Positions 1 through 12,828 of a stretch of 64,000 nt of DNA are shown here, one piece after another. Both the position numbers and the translations under genes were made by a program. Position 1 is the stretch's first letter, and each line of letters opens with the position of its first letter. Under the pieces are notes generated by a model. It searched no databases. It had not been told where the DNA came from and saw only the letters and a program-made list of their open reading frames with translations. Source of the DNA: Octopus sinensis (lineage: Eukaryota); contig NC_043001.1 of NCBI RefSeq assembly GCF_006345805.1, positions 121,086,001 to 121,150,000 on the forward strand. Direction: 5' to 3'.

Positions 1-957
1 GTATCTTTCTTTTCTAAAATGGTAGGAGTTGGATTTGAGAGGAATTTGGTTGCTATTTCTAACAGATCTAGCGACCATACAGATCTGCTATTAATCCACT
101 CGTTATATATTCTTGTTAACGTTTAGTACCAAAAGCTTTAAGGACTACCTAAAGAAATTCAGAAATATAAAAAAGTATCTAGTTGTTGTTGATTGACCCC
201 AGGTCAGCTCTGCTAAAGCAAGACAACGTTCAAAAACCTTTAAGCATTGACCGTCTTGTCATTTTTATAAATCAGGGACTGAGCAGTCTAATAAACCTTT
301 CATTATTGAGGATGACCGCGTGTAATTTGAGAGTGATTTGTTAGCTATTTCTAGCAAAGTCATTGTCTCGATTTGTAAGATGATATAATGTATGCATACT
401 TGTCCCTGATGAGCAGTTAATTGATTCTTGTTGTCTAACCGGAACTTCATTGAGTCACCTGACACGCATGACGTTTCACATATATTATGTATGAAACAAG
501 GGGTGATGGACAGTTTCTCACCTTTTACGTTTAATGCTTTGTGTGTGTGTGTGGTGGCGGTGGTCGAAAATCATGGCGATGGAGGGTTATTGATGGCGGA
601 GATCGATTGATTGTGGTATGGTGGAGGGTAATTGATGATAGTGGTGGTAGCGCAGTAGTGCAGGTGTTGGCGGTAGTGAAGGTGATGGTACTACTCGGTC
701 TCGGTGGTCCCTGGAGGTGGTGGCGGTGTAGTGATAGAGATGCTGGATAGTGGGTGTTTTCTTTTTTTTTTTTTTAGTAACTCAATGCCAGCTCTGATCG
801 AACATACAAAGGCCAGACCATGTGTGAGGGACTTAGGATCCTATTACCCAACCTGCCTGTTTTTAAGTCGGTTGGGGTGAAATTTTTGAGATTTAGCTAT
901 TATTTCTAGCAGATCCGGTTCCCTGGGTAGAAATGATGCCGGTAGTAGTAGTAGTAA

Positions 958-1017
<60 letters not shown>

Positions 1018-1251
1018 ATGATGATGGCAACGGTTATAGAGGAAATGGTCGTTCTGGTTAGCGCAAGTCAATACGGATCCGGATACATAATGCATGTTTC
1101 AACAATTGATTAATTGGATGGCTGCTTTGTTGTTTGATTACATGGCTTTTTGTCTTCTATTGTCCTTTAATTATCTTCCAATTAACAGAGCTATTAAAAT
1201 ATGTTAACTAGCTACAACTGTTCAAAGAACACAAATGCAGACGCCGCGCAT

Positions 1252-1287
<36 letters not shown>

Positions 1288-1333
1288 AGAGACAGACCCA
1301 TAAAATTAAAGTATCATATATATATATATATAA

Positions 1334-1500
1334 ATAATTATAACAATGAGGGTCTTTGCAACAAGTTGCTAGTTACAAATACTGTTGTCTGTGGGGACAT
1401 TTTTGTAGTAAAAGAAATAACAGTCCTCTGGCTGCTATTTCTAATACTTTCGGTGTGTGGTCTAGCAACTCGTTGCAAAGACCCTCATTGTTATAATTAT
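1334..1500. repeat. inverted repeat, ~39 bp arms, in a TA-flanked unit
   Basis: ataattataacaatgagggtctttgcaacaagttgctag versus ctagcaactcgttgcaaagaccctcattgttataattat. Confidence 0.88.
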
Positions 1501-1763
1501 ATATACTTTTACCGAATATGGTCCTTTTCCATATCGAAACACTACTTGGTGAAATTTGTTGACTTTATTAAATTAATTATATATCACCCTTTATCTGTAT
1601 TGTATATATATATATAAGAGCAAAGTTTTGGTCAGTTAGCATCTGAACCACACGACCTCATGTTTCTAAGATTCATATCTACATCTTTATCTGTATATTT
1701 ACCTTCCCTAAGATGTTATTAATTGATTTGAAAACTTTTATATTATTGGAAAACCTATATAAA

Positions 1764-1849
1764 TTAGCTGAAGGTTACTCGGCATCTTAAATCTGCTGTA
1801 ATATTTACAGCTTTTAATAAAATGTTGTAGTATGAAACAATTGTACTAA
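1764..1849 (+). ncRNA. hammerhead-like motif, diverged relative of 57247-57337
   Basis: ttag-CTGAAGG-ttactcggcat...atgttgtagtat-GAAA-C-aatt-G-TA^ctaa. Shares loop sequence (tgctgtaat...cttttaataaaa) with the 57 kb copy. Confidence 0.7.
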
Positions 1850-1879
1850 ATTACCGGTTTCATTCTCGTTGCTTATTTT

Positions 1880-1939
<60 letters not shown>

Positions 1940-1963
1940 TATATGTATGTATATATATATGTG

Positions 1964-2053
<90 letters not shown>

Positions 2054-2548
2054 GCGCGTGCATACACACACATACATGCACAGACAACATGCATTACGTG
2101 TATGTATATGTAAGCGTGTTCGCACGCATATAAATGTATGTATGTTACCAAATAGCACCTTACTTTAGCCGCCATCCCTGGTGCAGTATAAGGGTATTCT
2201 AGCCTTTTGTATTCATCTGTCCCTCACATTAGCAGTAAATTTTTAAGGTTATACAACCTTCCACACTCTAATTCTCTATTTCAAATTATTCCTATTTATA
2301 TTCTCTTATTTATATACGTTTCTTCGAATATTGAAAGTTAAAATATAAAAGAGTTACTTCCCTTATCATCCCTCTTCCTTTAATATTAAGTAGAACACCA
2401 AAAGTTATCAAGCTACTATGCTACTTGCGCTTCATCTGATTTTCTGGTTACATTGACCGGTGATTTTTTCAGTATGTCTATATTATAGTGAAACGCTGAC
2501 AGGCCGTTTAGTTGGCTGAATACTGAAGAATAATGTACACAAGTTTAC

Positions 2549-2603
<55 letters not shown>

Positions 2604-2720
2604 TTTATGTTGCATAGAACTGAATCAAACTTATTAAATAATATATATATAAATTTTACCAAATGTGATGTCACTTTCTTTCGTTGTCCAGTCACTCGTA
2701 TTTCTGTATGTGTGTATATA

Positions 2721-2795
<75 letters not shown>

Positions 2796-3611
2796 CAGGG
2801 GAGAAAGAGGGTGTGGTATAATTATGTACATTTTAATTTTCTGTTAACTGATAAAGATTAACATGCCATTTTAATCAATTATCTTCGAATACATTTTGCT
2901 GCAGCTAATTAACTATAAAACTGAATATTTTTCATCCGTAAATTTTCCAAAGGTACTGACCAGTTAGTTATAATGTGTGTGTGTGTGTTTTAGTAACTAC
3001 ACTTATACATGCTTTGTAATTATAACGAAGGTAATTTTCCTGCTAAGCGATCAGTAGAGCGCTCAATGGAAGTAGAAATAAATCAGGTTTAGTTGTAATA
3101 ATATGATATTTAATACAGCTTAAAACAAAGACATATGTGCAAATATAATCAACCATATAATCAAATGGCGGTGCCCCAGCATGGCCACAGCTCGTGAGCT
3201 GAAACTAGAATCAATCAATCATATTTTGAAATAAATGCATTACATGCTTTATACCTTTCCTTGGCACGGTCGTAGCAGGTATCACAGATGAAGACGGCGT
3301 ATGTCCATAGATTTCTTTAAACGCCTGACTGCTAGAAATCGTTTTGACTAGATTTTATTTTTGTTCCTTTGCCCTTGATATCATTACTCTAAACTTGATT
3401 CCTTGCAACATATGTTGAACTCGCTGCTAATGGCTTTGTTCCAAATGAAATATTTTCTTCATAATTGCCAGGCATTTATTTCTATTAACAACTATTGCTG
3501 CTCATTGAAGTACAATATGGAAACATGCATGGTAGATACGTACACAAATGTATATATGTGTACATATATACATCTGCGAATGCGTGTAAACATGAATATA
3601 TATATATATAT

Positions 3612-4008
3612 CGTAATGAGGTAAAAAAAACCCAAGGCAGTGTAGATTTTAGAACATTTATAAATAGGTCTTACAGCTGTTTCCAGGATATTTATTATAT
3701 CCCTTCACTGGAGACTGTGTCAGAAGATGGTTAAGCAATAGTTATTCTAGATAAGATATGAAATAGAGAGTGAGGTGGAGGAATGGAAATAGATGTGAGA
3801 TATGCAGGGATACTGTATATATCTATTTTCATTGCTCCACCTCACTCTCTATTTCGTATCTTATCAAAAGTAACTATTGCTTAACCATCTTCTCACAACG
3901 TCTCCAATGAAGGGATATAATAAATATCCTAGAAACAGCTGTAAGACTTTATATTTATAAATGTTCTAAAATCTACACTGACTTGGTTTTTTTTTTAATC
4001 TCATAACG
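3612..4008. repeat. diverged inverted repeat, ~185 bp arms
   Basis: 3612-3794 versus 3821-4008, with many substitutions between arms. Starts at a (TA)n tract. Confidence 0.9.
3900..3947 (+). ncRNA. degenerate hammerhead motif inside an inverted repeat
   Basis: gtct-CCAATGA-agggatat-aataa-atatccta-GAAA-C-agct-G-TA^agac. Mirror copy at 3668-3715 (-). Confidence 0.6.
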
Positions 4009-4146
4009 CTGATATATGGCCTAAGTTGGATCACTTATTCGCATAATCACCGAACCTGGAACTTAACTATGGTCTATCCGTAGCACTTATTCAGCATTGC
4101 CTGACATCTTTGGCTCTCACTGACACATTGCCTCTCACAACCTCTA

Positions 4147-4245
<99 letters not shown>

Positions 4246-4970
4246 ATATATATATCTATCTATCTATATATATATATATATATATGCGCATAGACACATA
4301 TATGCACAAGCATGTATAGATGTGAGTGTATAAAAGCATTTATATGTATGCATATATATGTATGAGCGTATTTATGAATGCACACACACATATATATATA
4401 TGCATTTACGAGCACTCGTGTGTGTGTGTGTGTGTGTGTATATATTTATGTTTGTATGCATGTATTTATGTGTGCAGTAGTAGTAGAAAAGAAAAACGAT
4501 TAAATACCCCAGGCTTTTTATATGTCTGTGTAATTAGCAAATGTTAAAATTGTGGTTTAGTTTTTTAATTATATTATTTTTGTCCATTTTATTTATTTCC
4601 GGCGAAAGTAAAATGACGTTACTATCTGCTGTTTTATTGTTTAAGATGTAATTTGCGTTTAAAATTCTCCAATCTTTGTATCATTCATCGTATTTTAAGG
4701 CCTTTTTCTCCCTATTCATTATCCCTTCTGGAAATTTTTACCATTTCTCCGGTAAATTCACCGCCGTATCATGACGTCACAGCGTGCAAAAGAAGAGGGG
4801 ACATAGAGGGAGGGGGGGGAGAGATCTTATTAACATTTATTATTTGGAAAACTGCTGCTAAATCTTTATGCTGCTACTGCTATGACTCAACTATGAGTTC
4901 TACTATTGGTTAGAATAGCTTGACATTTCTCTTCCCTCCCATACATACCTCATAGATTTGCGCTGTCTAG

Positions 4971-5052
<82 letters not shown>

Positions 5053-5309
5053 TGCAACCGCGTGTTATCGTGTCACAATGTCTGCATCTGCGGCGGCTTT
5101 ATTAACACATGACTCATCAGACGACTTTTTGTCAAGCTTTACTTGTTTATAAAGACTATTACTTACTGAAAGAAATGTTTTAAAAAAAAATATTATTTAT
5201 TTTATTTGGGCGATGTAAGTTCTATATATATATATATATATATATTCATACATATATATATACATATACATACATAATACATATAGATAGATGGATAGAT
5301 AGATCTATA

Positions 5310-5389
<80 letters not shown>

Positions 5390-6249
5390 CAGAGAGGGGG
5401 GGAATAAGTACAATCAGACTGAAGTAAGGTTTGGGGTTGATACAGTTGACTAAAACTTTGAAAGCAGAGTCCCAGGGATGGCCACTGCCCAACGGTTGAA
5501 ACAAGTTAAAGATATACATCCTATACATATATTATAGCTTTGTCTACTTTCTCATGCCGGCAATGGTTGGACGGTTTCCTACCCTTTTAGTCTCTTCTTA
5601 TGACATTTAGTGATACATTTTATCTTTTTTAAACCTGGATTTAGAAAAGTTCCCCTATCTTCAGGGCTAGAAGATACGTCACCTCACAACAATTATTCTA
5701 CAAAGCTCGGATGAGTCTTCTACAAAGCTCGGATGAATCCTACAGTGGAGTATTACTTTCGTATCTAGATTGGCGATGTTGCCGTTGCATGTGCAGTCAT
5801 CCTAGACTATATCTAATAAAGGGGTCACTTGACTGATTAACATAAAGTCACTTAGCCACATTCCAGACTCCGGTCTACAGCTGTGCCGACTCGTCTCTTT
5901 CTATCTTTTATGCCATTACTCTCAATTACTATCATGACATATCCAACCTATTTTTCTCCTCCTTTCGTCACCCTTGTCACTCCGCAGGCTCCTCATTAAT
6001 TCCTACACCTAGTCCTTCATTACTAGAGCGCCGGCCCCCTGCAATTTGCTCTTAACGTATACCTTTCCTGCAGATGTTGACTTAAAGATTCAAGAGGAAC
6101 AATAATGACGGCGATCTCAACGGTCCAGGAAGGCCTGCGATAGCTTGGGCACTTCCCCTTCCTCCTATGTGAGTGTAATCGGCAAAACTCAGTGGTTTTT
6201 GAGCTTCTTCTCATTTCATTTGTTAGTTCAGGATGAAAGAGTGGTGCCA

Positions 6250-6720
6250 AGCCGTTCGAGATCAATGAGTTAATATCATTGCCATTAACTTTCTGTTTAA
6301 ACTGTTGCAAGTTGATGCGTGTATGAAAATCATCAGCAGGGAGGGATTTCAGTGGACCGACATGTTCTGAGAAGGCAAAACTAGGTGAAGTTGTTCATCT
6401 GGGGCCTAAAGTGATGAGGTAAGACGAGTGAGTGAGATTATCTGAGTGGAAGCAGCGCGGGACCAACTAGCTCCGAGGAATTGAGTCCATTATCGCCAGG
6501 TACCATTAAAGAGACAAAAAGATTTCAACACAAACGGGCTTGAGATTTGAAACTTGTAAGGATAACTTGGTCAGGGACAATTTGGTAGAGGAACAATTTA
6601 CAATCCAATTGAACGTGTTACCTTGAGAGAATTTGTAGAATAAATATGATATGCCATTGGGTACAATTAATCTGACGCTTCGGACCTTAGACTTTCGTTA
6701 AAGAGCGAGGAAGATAAAAT
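6250..6720 (-). mobile_element. possible old LINE ORF2 C-terminal remnant
   Basis: Minus-strand ...TRINLQQFKQKVN resembles the conserved end of APE-type LINE ORF2. Heavily decayed. Confidence 0.35.
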
Positions 6721-9347
6721 ATCGTCTTGGTAACAAGCTAACCAATGGAGGACAGATGCAACTGTAGTAATGGATGACAAATGCAACTGTAATAAGTAGA
6801 GATACAAATGTTTACTTATCCTACCGTGTGGAATTCAAAGAATTTGGATTAGCGTTAATTTAATCGATCAATATCTGCTATTTTATATTGGTTCAAAGCT
6901 GATGATTCACTCCGACACCAATATGAGTTTCTCGGTTTATGCGTCTGTTCAGATGACATGGAGATTCGTAGTAGCGGAGTGAATCCTTATCTTCGAACGG
7001 AGAAATAAATTCTCTCTCTCTCTCTCTTTCTATCTATCTATTTATCTATCTCAAGAATGGCAACAAACTCCGACATATCATACTTGATACTTAGTTTGCA
7101 CTTCCTCCCTCTAATCCCGGGAAAAAAATCGCTGAACGCATATTAAGTGAGCGAACGTTTTCTAATACCGTCTGTCATCCAAGTCTTCAAAGTTAGAAAT
7201 AAATCACATGCTGTAAACTGTTCGGTCTCACTCGCCTCTCACATCATTTACATATTTAAAAGAGTGTTGAGTTTAAGAATAAATGACCTGAAAAGCAACA
7301 ATCTCTTACATTTGAATTCGATGTCAGAGACTGCTTAAAACACAGCGCCTTTGATAGTTTAAATGTTTTTGTTGAAGGTTCAAATACGGTTGTAATATAT
7401 ATTGGACAAGATTCTTTTGAAAAAAAAAACTGTCCAGCATTGGAGTCAGGAGAACGCTACTGCACTGTATGAAGTGTTATCTGGCATGCAAAACCCAACA
7501 TGTGATCGACAGGGTCCGCTCTCGAGTCTCTTAAAGCCGCTAGTGGTGTCCATAAGGCACTGTGTTGGATTCACTTCTTTTTATAATTTACATACAACTG
7601 CACCCCAGATATACCGCCAGCTACACCAAAATTAAAATATTTGCAGATAACTCTTAAGCTTTAGCAAGTTGTGGGCGGAATAGGTGACCGGATAAAACTT
7701 CAACGTTCTCTGCACTCAAAAGACGTCTGCATTCAATAGAGAAGACAAAAACGAAAAAGAGAAAAGAGAGAGAGAGAGAAATGGAGAGGGAGAGTGCTTA
7801 AACGATCATATTCTCTTTCCTTAGGAGAATCTCTTATGGCATGTAACAATATCAAAAACTTCGAAACAATTGTCCACAAAAACCTTAGATATTAAGTCCA
7901 CATCGATAATATACTTGAGATGGCTCGCATGACGTTACACTTTTCGTTTCAAAGATAGTTATCATCATTGTATTCTCTGCCTTTGTGTGATTTCATCAAG
8001 AATAATGTTGCCACTCGCTCTCGTCTGCGTTTTCTACATACCAAAGGACACATTAGGAGAACTGAGGCATTTTAGATGACAATTAACAAGAAAGAAAGGA
8101 AAAAAGGAAGAGAGAAAGGAGGAGGAGGAAGAGGAAGATATGGCAAGTTTTGAGTATAGAATCAACTCAAAACTCAAATTCCATTGTTTCCAACACAGCT
8201 ATATCATTTGTACAAAGTGGAACATGTACTGTTTATTTAGCAGGTAGACATTTATCAAGGCTGGGTTCTAACCCCTTTTTTAATTTTAACAGAATAGTTT
8301 AAGATGGCTATTCGTAGTAAGTCCTGATTTCTGTATGCTCCTAATCTGGCTCAGGTGAATTTGTCGAAGAATTAGAAAAGCTGGAAACAAAATCTAGAAT
8401 CGAGATGTTTCAAAGTAAACCTAATAATGACAAATGCAGTATAATCTTGTCCGTGACCAAGCCGCAATCAGCGCAACGAAAATTTTGACACTGTTTAACA
8501 ATGAATATTTAAGTGAAGTTAACAGCTTGTGTGTTTTTGAAAGGCTATCATGTATCTTCCAGGCTGCAGTCGTTTTCAACTCACGGTCTCAGATCAAGTC
8601 ATTTGCCTGGCAAGTACACCTCACTAATGTTTTTAGTTGGAAAGATGCTAGGACTCTTCTGCCCTCATAAAGTTGGTCATGTTCTGTATACCGAAAAGGG
8701 TTAAGTAAGAACTCGATATTGTGTATCAAATGTCAGTTGTGAGTGCATAAGAGATGCATTGATGTTACAGGCAAACTGACATAGACGAAAAACTTGCGTT
8801 TAGCAGATACACGAGTGTAATTAGCAGGAGCACCAATGAAATAAATGCATTCAAATGCTCAGATGGATCCCCAGAAACAGTTGTTATCTTCTTACACTGA
8901 CGTAAAAGCTAAGTAGCCAAAGTAAAAGCAAAGTGAAAAAGGTTCAGGAAACTATTACATCAGCTGGACAAAAATGTGGATCTTCTCTAATATATATACA
9001 TGTTTGCTTAAGAATGGTGAAAAATTTGCTTCACAATCACGAGCCCACTACATTAGCATCTCGTGCAAAGGATTTTTCTCTTTAGTTTCGAGTTGTTCCA
9101 AGTTTTGCCAGTTTGAATTGGGTACATGGAAATTGTGTGGATGCCCGAAGGATGAACTGTACAGGTAAATTAAAGGTGCAAACTTTTCATATATTGTGTC
9201 AGCCTGATTCTAACTGAGAATTACGTTGAGTCCATGTAAATGCGGAATACACAGCCTAATACATGCTAAATCAACGAGTAGGGAGTACAACTGACTGAAT
9301 GTGTTTGTCTCTCCGCCTTCTCTTCCTTGGACCTTTCCTTTTTCTAT

Positions 9348-9382
9348 GTTTCTGACGAAGAGCTCCGCTCGAAACGTTAAAC
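9348..9382 (+). ncRNA. minimal hammerhead ribozyme of the Penelope type
   Basis: gttt-CTGACGA-agagc-tcc-gctc-GAAA-CGTT^aaac. The palindrome AACGTT replaces stem III. Confidence 0.8.
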
Positions 9383-9475
9383 CCTCCTTCTTTACTTCTT
9401 TCCTGAGCGTCTAATAACACTATACTTGTTCCACGCCCTCGCGTTGGTGTGTTTTCTCTTTGTTCATGTTTGGAT

Positions 9476-9593
<118 letters not shown>

Positions 9594-12364
9594 AGAGAGA
9601 GAGAGAAAGAGAGAGAGAATCCCATGCTAAAGATTCAAATGAATACAAACGAAGTGAATAATAATTACTCTTGCCAAACACACAAGTACACGCACACACC
9701 CATGAATGTGTATGTATGTATGTATGTATGTATGTATGTATGTATGTATGTATGTACGTACGCACGCGCATTTATAAAAGAACCCTAAGTTTGCTGTTCG
9801 TTATATTACATTAAAAAATGGGACTTCTGAATTCTTGCTTGAATTCTTGCTGTTCGATAGTTTATTGTGGCTTGCAAAAATATCAGCTTTTCGACTTGCC
9901 GACTCTACATTGATTGATGTTCCAGACATAATCCGTTTGAAGCAATTCCAATTCCATCACACTACTACTTAGAGAAAGATATTACCATCATTCTTATCCG
10001 ATTCCACTCGCTTGTTTAGGCGGTTACTCTGCTAGAAATAGTAGCCAAATCTCCTTCAAACCACATACTGCTGTATTTTCAAAAAATAGTCACATGACAT
10101 TATGTCTGGGGGAAAAGCAGCAAAGAAGACACGAGAGTCATGGTTGGACCACCTTTTTATTATAGATCAGTGCAGACAAGGATAAGAGTTTTCAACCTGG
10201 GATTATACAAAGAAAAACTAGGGGTCTGTGAACTGAGTTCAAAATTTGCAAAATAGACAGAATTGTTGGCATTACAAATTAGAAGTCGCATACTTTAGAG
10301 GAAAGGAAAAAGTTACGGAATTGAGTGGTAAAAATATAGAAATAAATAAACTGAAATTTTTGGTCAAAAATATTTTTCCAAATATGAAACTTGGAATGCT
10401 TTAAAAAATATAACTGAAGGAAAAAAGCTGTCCTTTTCTTTCTGCCTGTGGTATGAAATCCTGGCTAAAAATTGTTGAAAACATCGGGAGGGCATTGGAA
10501 AATTCTTTTAAATAAAAAGGATCTTTGGAAGTGAAAAGGTTGGGATCCGTTGGGGGGGGGGGTTAAACGACAACAGCAGCAACAGCAACTCATAGGTTTG
10601 TGCGTGACCTTGTGTCTCGGAGAGAAATCGATTACTTGTACTTTTATTTTTTTTTTCTCTCTCTCTTTTTATTCTTCAGCGGTCAAAGATTTATTGATCC
10701 AAAGTATTGATATGAAAATGATCGGGCTCATCTCGCTACATGTTGCATTGCGGTTTAGATAATAACATACATATATTTTTTGTATTGTTAGTTTCCCAAT
10801 TGCAGATGCTGATATCAATAGGTTGCCGGATCGAACTAACAGCCGAAAATCGAAAATCCGTATCCTGTTAGCACTATACTGTACAAAAAGAAATTCTCTA
10901 CTAAGAACCGATTTAATTAAATAGGTTTAATTTCCTTCCAGGGCTATTCTGTCAGTGTCTTCAATGTCATCAACTGACCAGGAAAATGTTGCCGTACTCT
11001 AGTTTACGAACTTATTCTATTATTTTATTTGTTTGGGCTATAGCAAAAGAGGTTATGTGGTAGCCGAGGTTGAAAAAACTGAAGGCAGACACTTTCCTTA
11101 TTCGGTCAAGCCCTCACTGATTTTCTTAAGTTCCCCTTGAAAAAGAGAGTGAGGACGGAGATCTGGTACCTCTTCTCCGGAATGTTTGCAAAACAACCGG
11201 CCGAGGTGAATGAATCTACTTTCAGCATACGTCTGTGAATCGGTGAACGACGGTCAGGAGAAGGGTAATTCTGAATTAGTGGACTTTCCTTGCCTGATTC
11301 TAAATCAGTGGACTTTCCTTGCCTGATCCTTGTTGGAGATGCTCTTCTGTAAAGTGGGCAGCATTGTCACTTATTTGTATATTGATTACTTTTTGTCTCA
11401 TTCTATATATTTTTTCATTCCATTTTTGTGTAACCTGTACTTTTATATAACCTGTTTTTGTAATGTACTCTTTATTAAATGGCGCTGTGGTAAATAAAAG
11501 AAATTATTATGATTATTATTATGCCGCTCTAAGAATACGTCTGTAGCTGGGAGAACGACATCCACACAATTTAGTGATCAGGGTGATTTTGGCTTTCTGA
11601 GCTTCTTCGAATTCGACCTAGCTGGAGCTCCTCTTGCATCAGGAGGATTGCATGATCATCTTTCATTATTTGTATATTATGTATACTTATATTTCGCGCG
11701 CGCGTCTTCTCATTCGATTTTTTATGTAAATCCCCACACTTTGTCTTGTCTTGTATTTATCTTCTTCGTGTGTCCCCCTGGTGGAATTAAAAGAACGTCT
11801 TGGAAAAGAAAATGCCTTTCACCATTTATTCCAGTAGTTTCCATCTGCCCAAATTTGCTCACATGCAAAATATGATAAAATCCACTGCCCGAGATGGGAT
11901 CGATCTTGGAATCTTAAGACAGCTGAACGAACTTCGTAACCACCTATCCATGCTTGCGCTCATATTATACACTTCAATAAATTTGAACGCGAAAACATCC
12001 TCACTCCTACTTTTTTTAGAATATCGGTTCTTTGTGACTATATGAAAATTCGATTATAGAATGACTAATCGCATAAGCTGGAGACAATTCATCTTGCTCT
12101 CTTGCTGCATAAACGTCACCAGTTAATTTGTCGGCTTCTCGTTCAAACCACACTCTTTACTCATCACAACGGTCGATTTATATCCATCTATTACTCTACC
12201 TATCTTCGAGTTAATGATGGAGTCTCTGTATGGACGCTCGTTTCGGTCGGTTAAAAAAAGCAGTCAAGCAAACATCATCTAAAACAAAACCCAAGAAACA
12301 TGAAAACTGAAAAAGTTAAACATCTTATTGAATCTAATAACATCCTTATAACAAATCATACCAT

Positions 12365-12593
12365 TATAGCTTTGTTAAGCTGTACACAAACAAACTAGTG
12401 GAGACATACATTTACCAAACGTTTATAACTTTAGGTACAATAGGGTTTAAGTCGTCAGTTATTTTTGTATAGTTCACTCAGAATCGTCCCAAGCTCGCTG
12501 CTGACATTCTTCTGTCTTCATTCTCCTCCCAGAGGTCCTTTTCTTTCCTGCTGACCAACTTCCTAGCTAGCCCGCAGCGAATCCTTCCCTATA
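12365..12593 (-). repeat. 3' LTR of the Gypsy element
   Basis: Direct repeat of 16414-16604, with about 80 bp of extra internal sequence. Confidence 0.88.
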
Positions 12594-12828
12594 TAGCTCC
12601 GAACCGGAACTGTAGACTGTGATTGGAAACGGGGAAGGCGTTTTAATTGTCCTGCTCCTGCGTGTGATTACTCGATTCTTTGGTGACTGTTCCTTGTCAA
12701 TGGTTGGTGTGATCTGTCTAGAACGACCCGTTCGGTGGTTGGGCCACATGGACGGGGTTGTCAATATCGAGATGGGCCAGTTTCAATCTATCGATGAAGA
12801 CTGTGTCTTGTCGTCCACCTATTAGGAG

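Noticed and set aside
1814-2175. YI/CV/TH-rich ORFs here and throughout the window (e.g. 25806-26420, 50416-50830)
   Set aside because: Products of (TA)n, (TG)n and (CA)n microsatellites.
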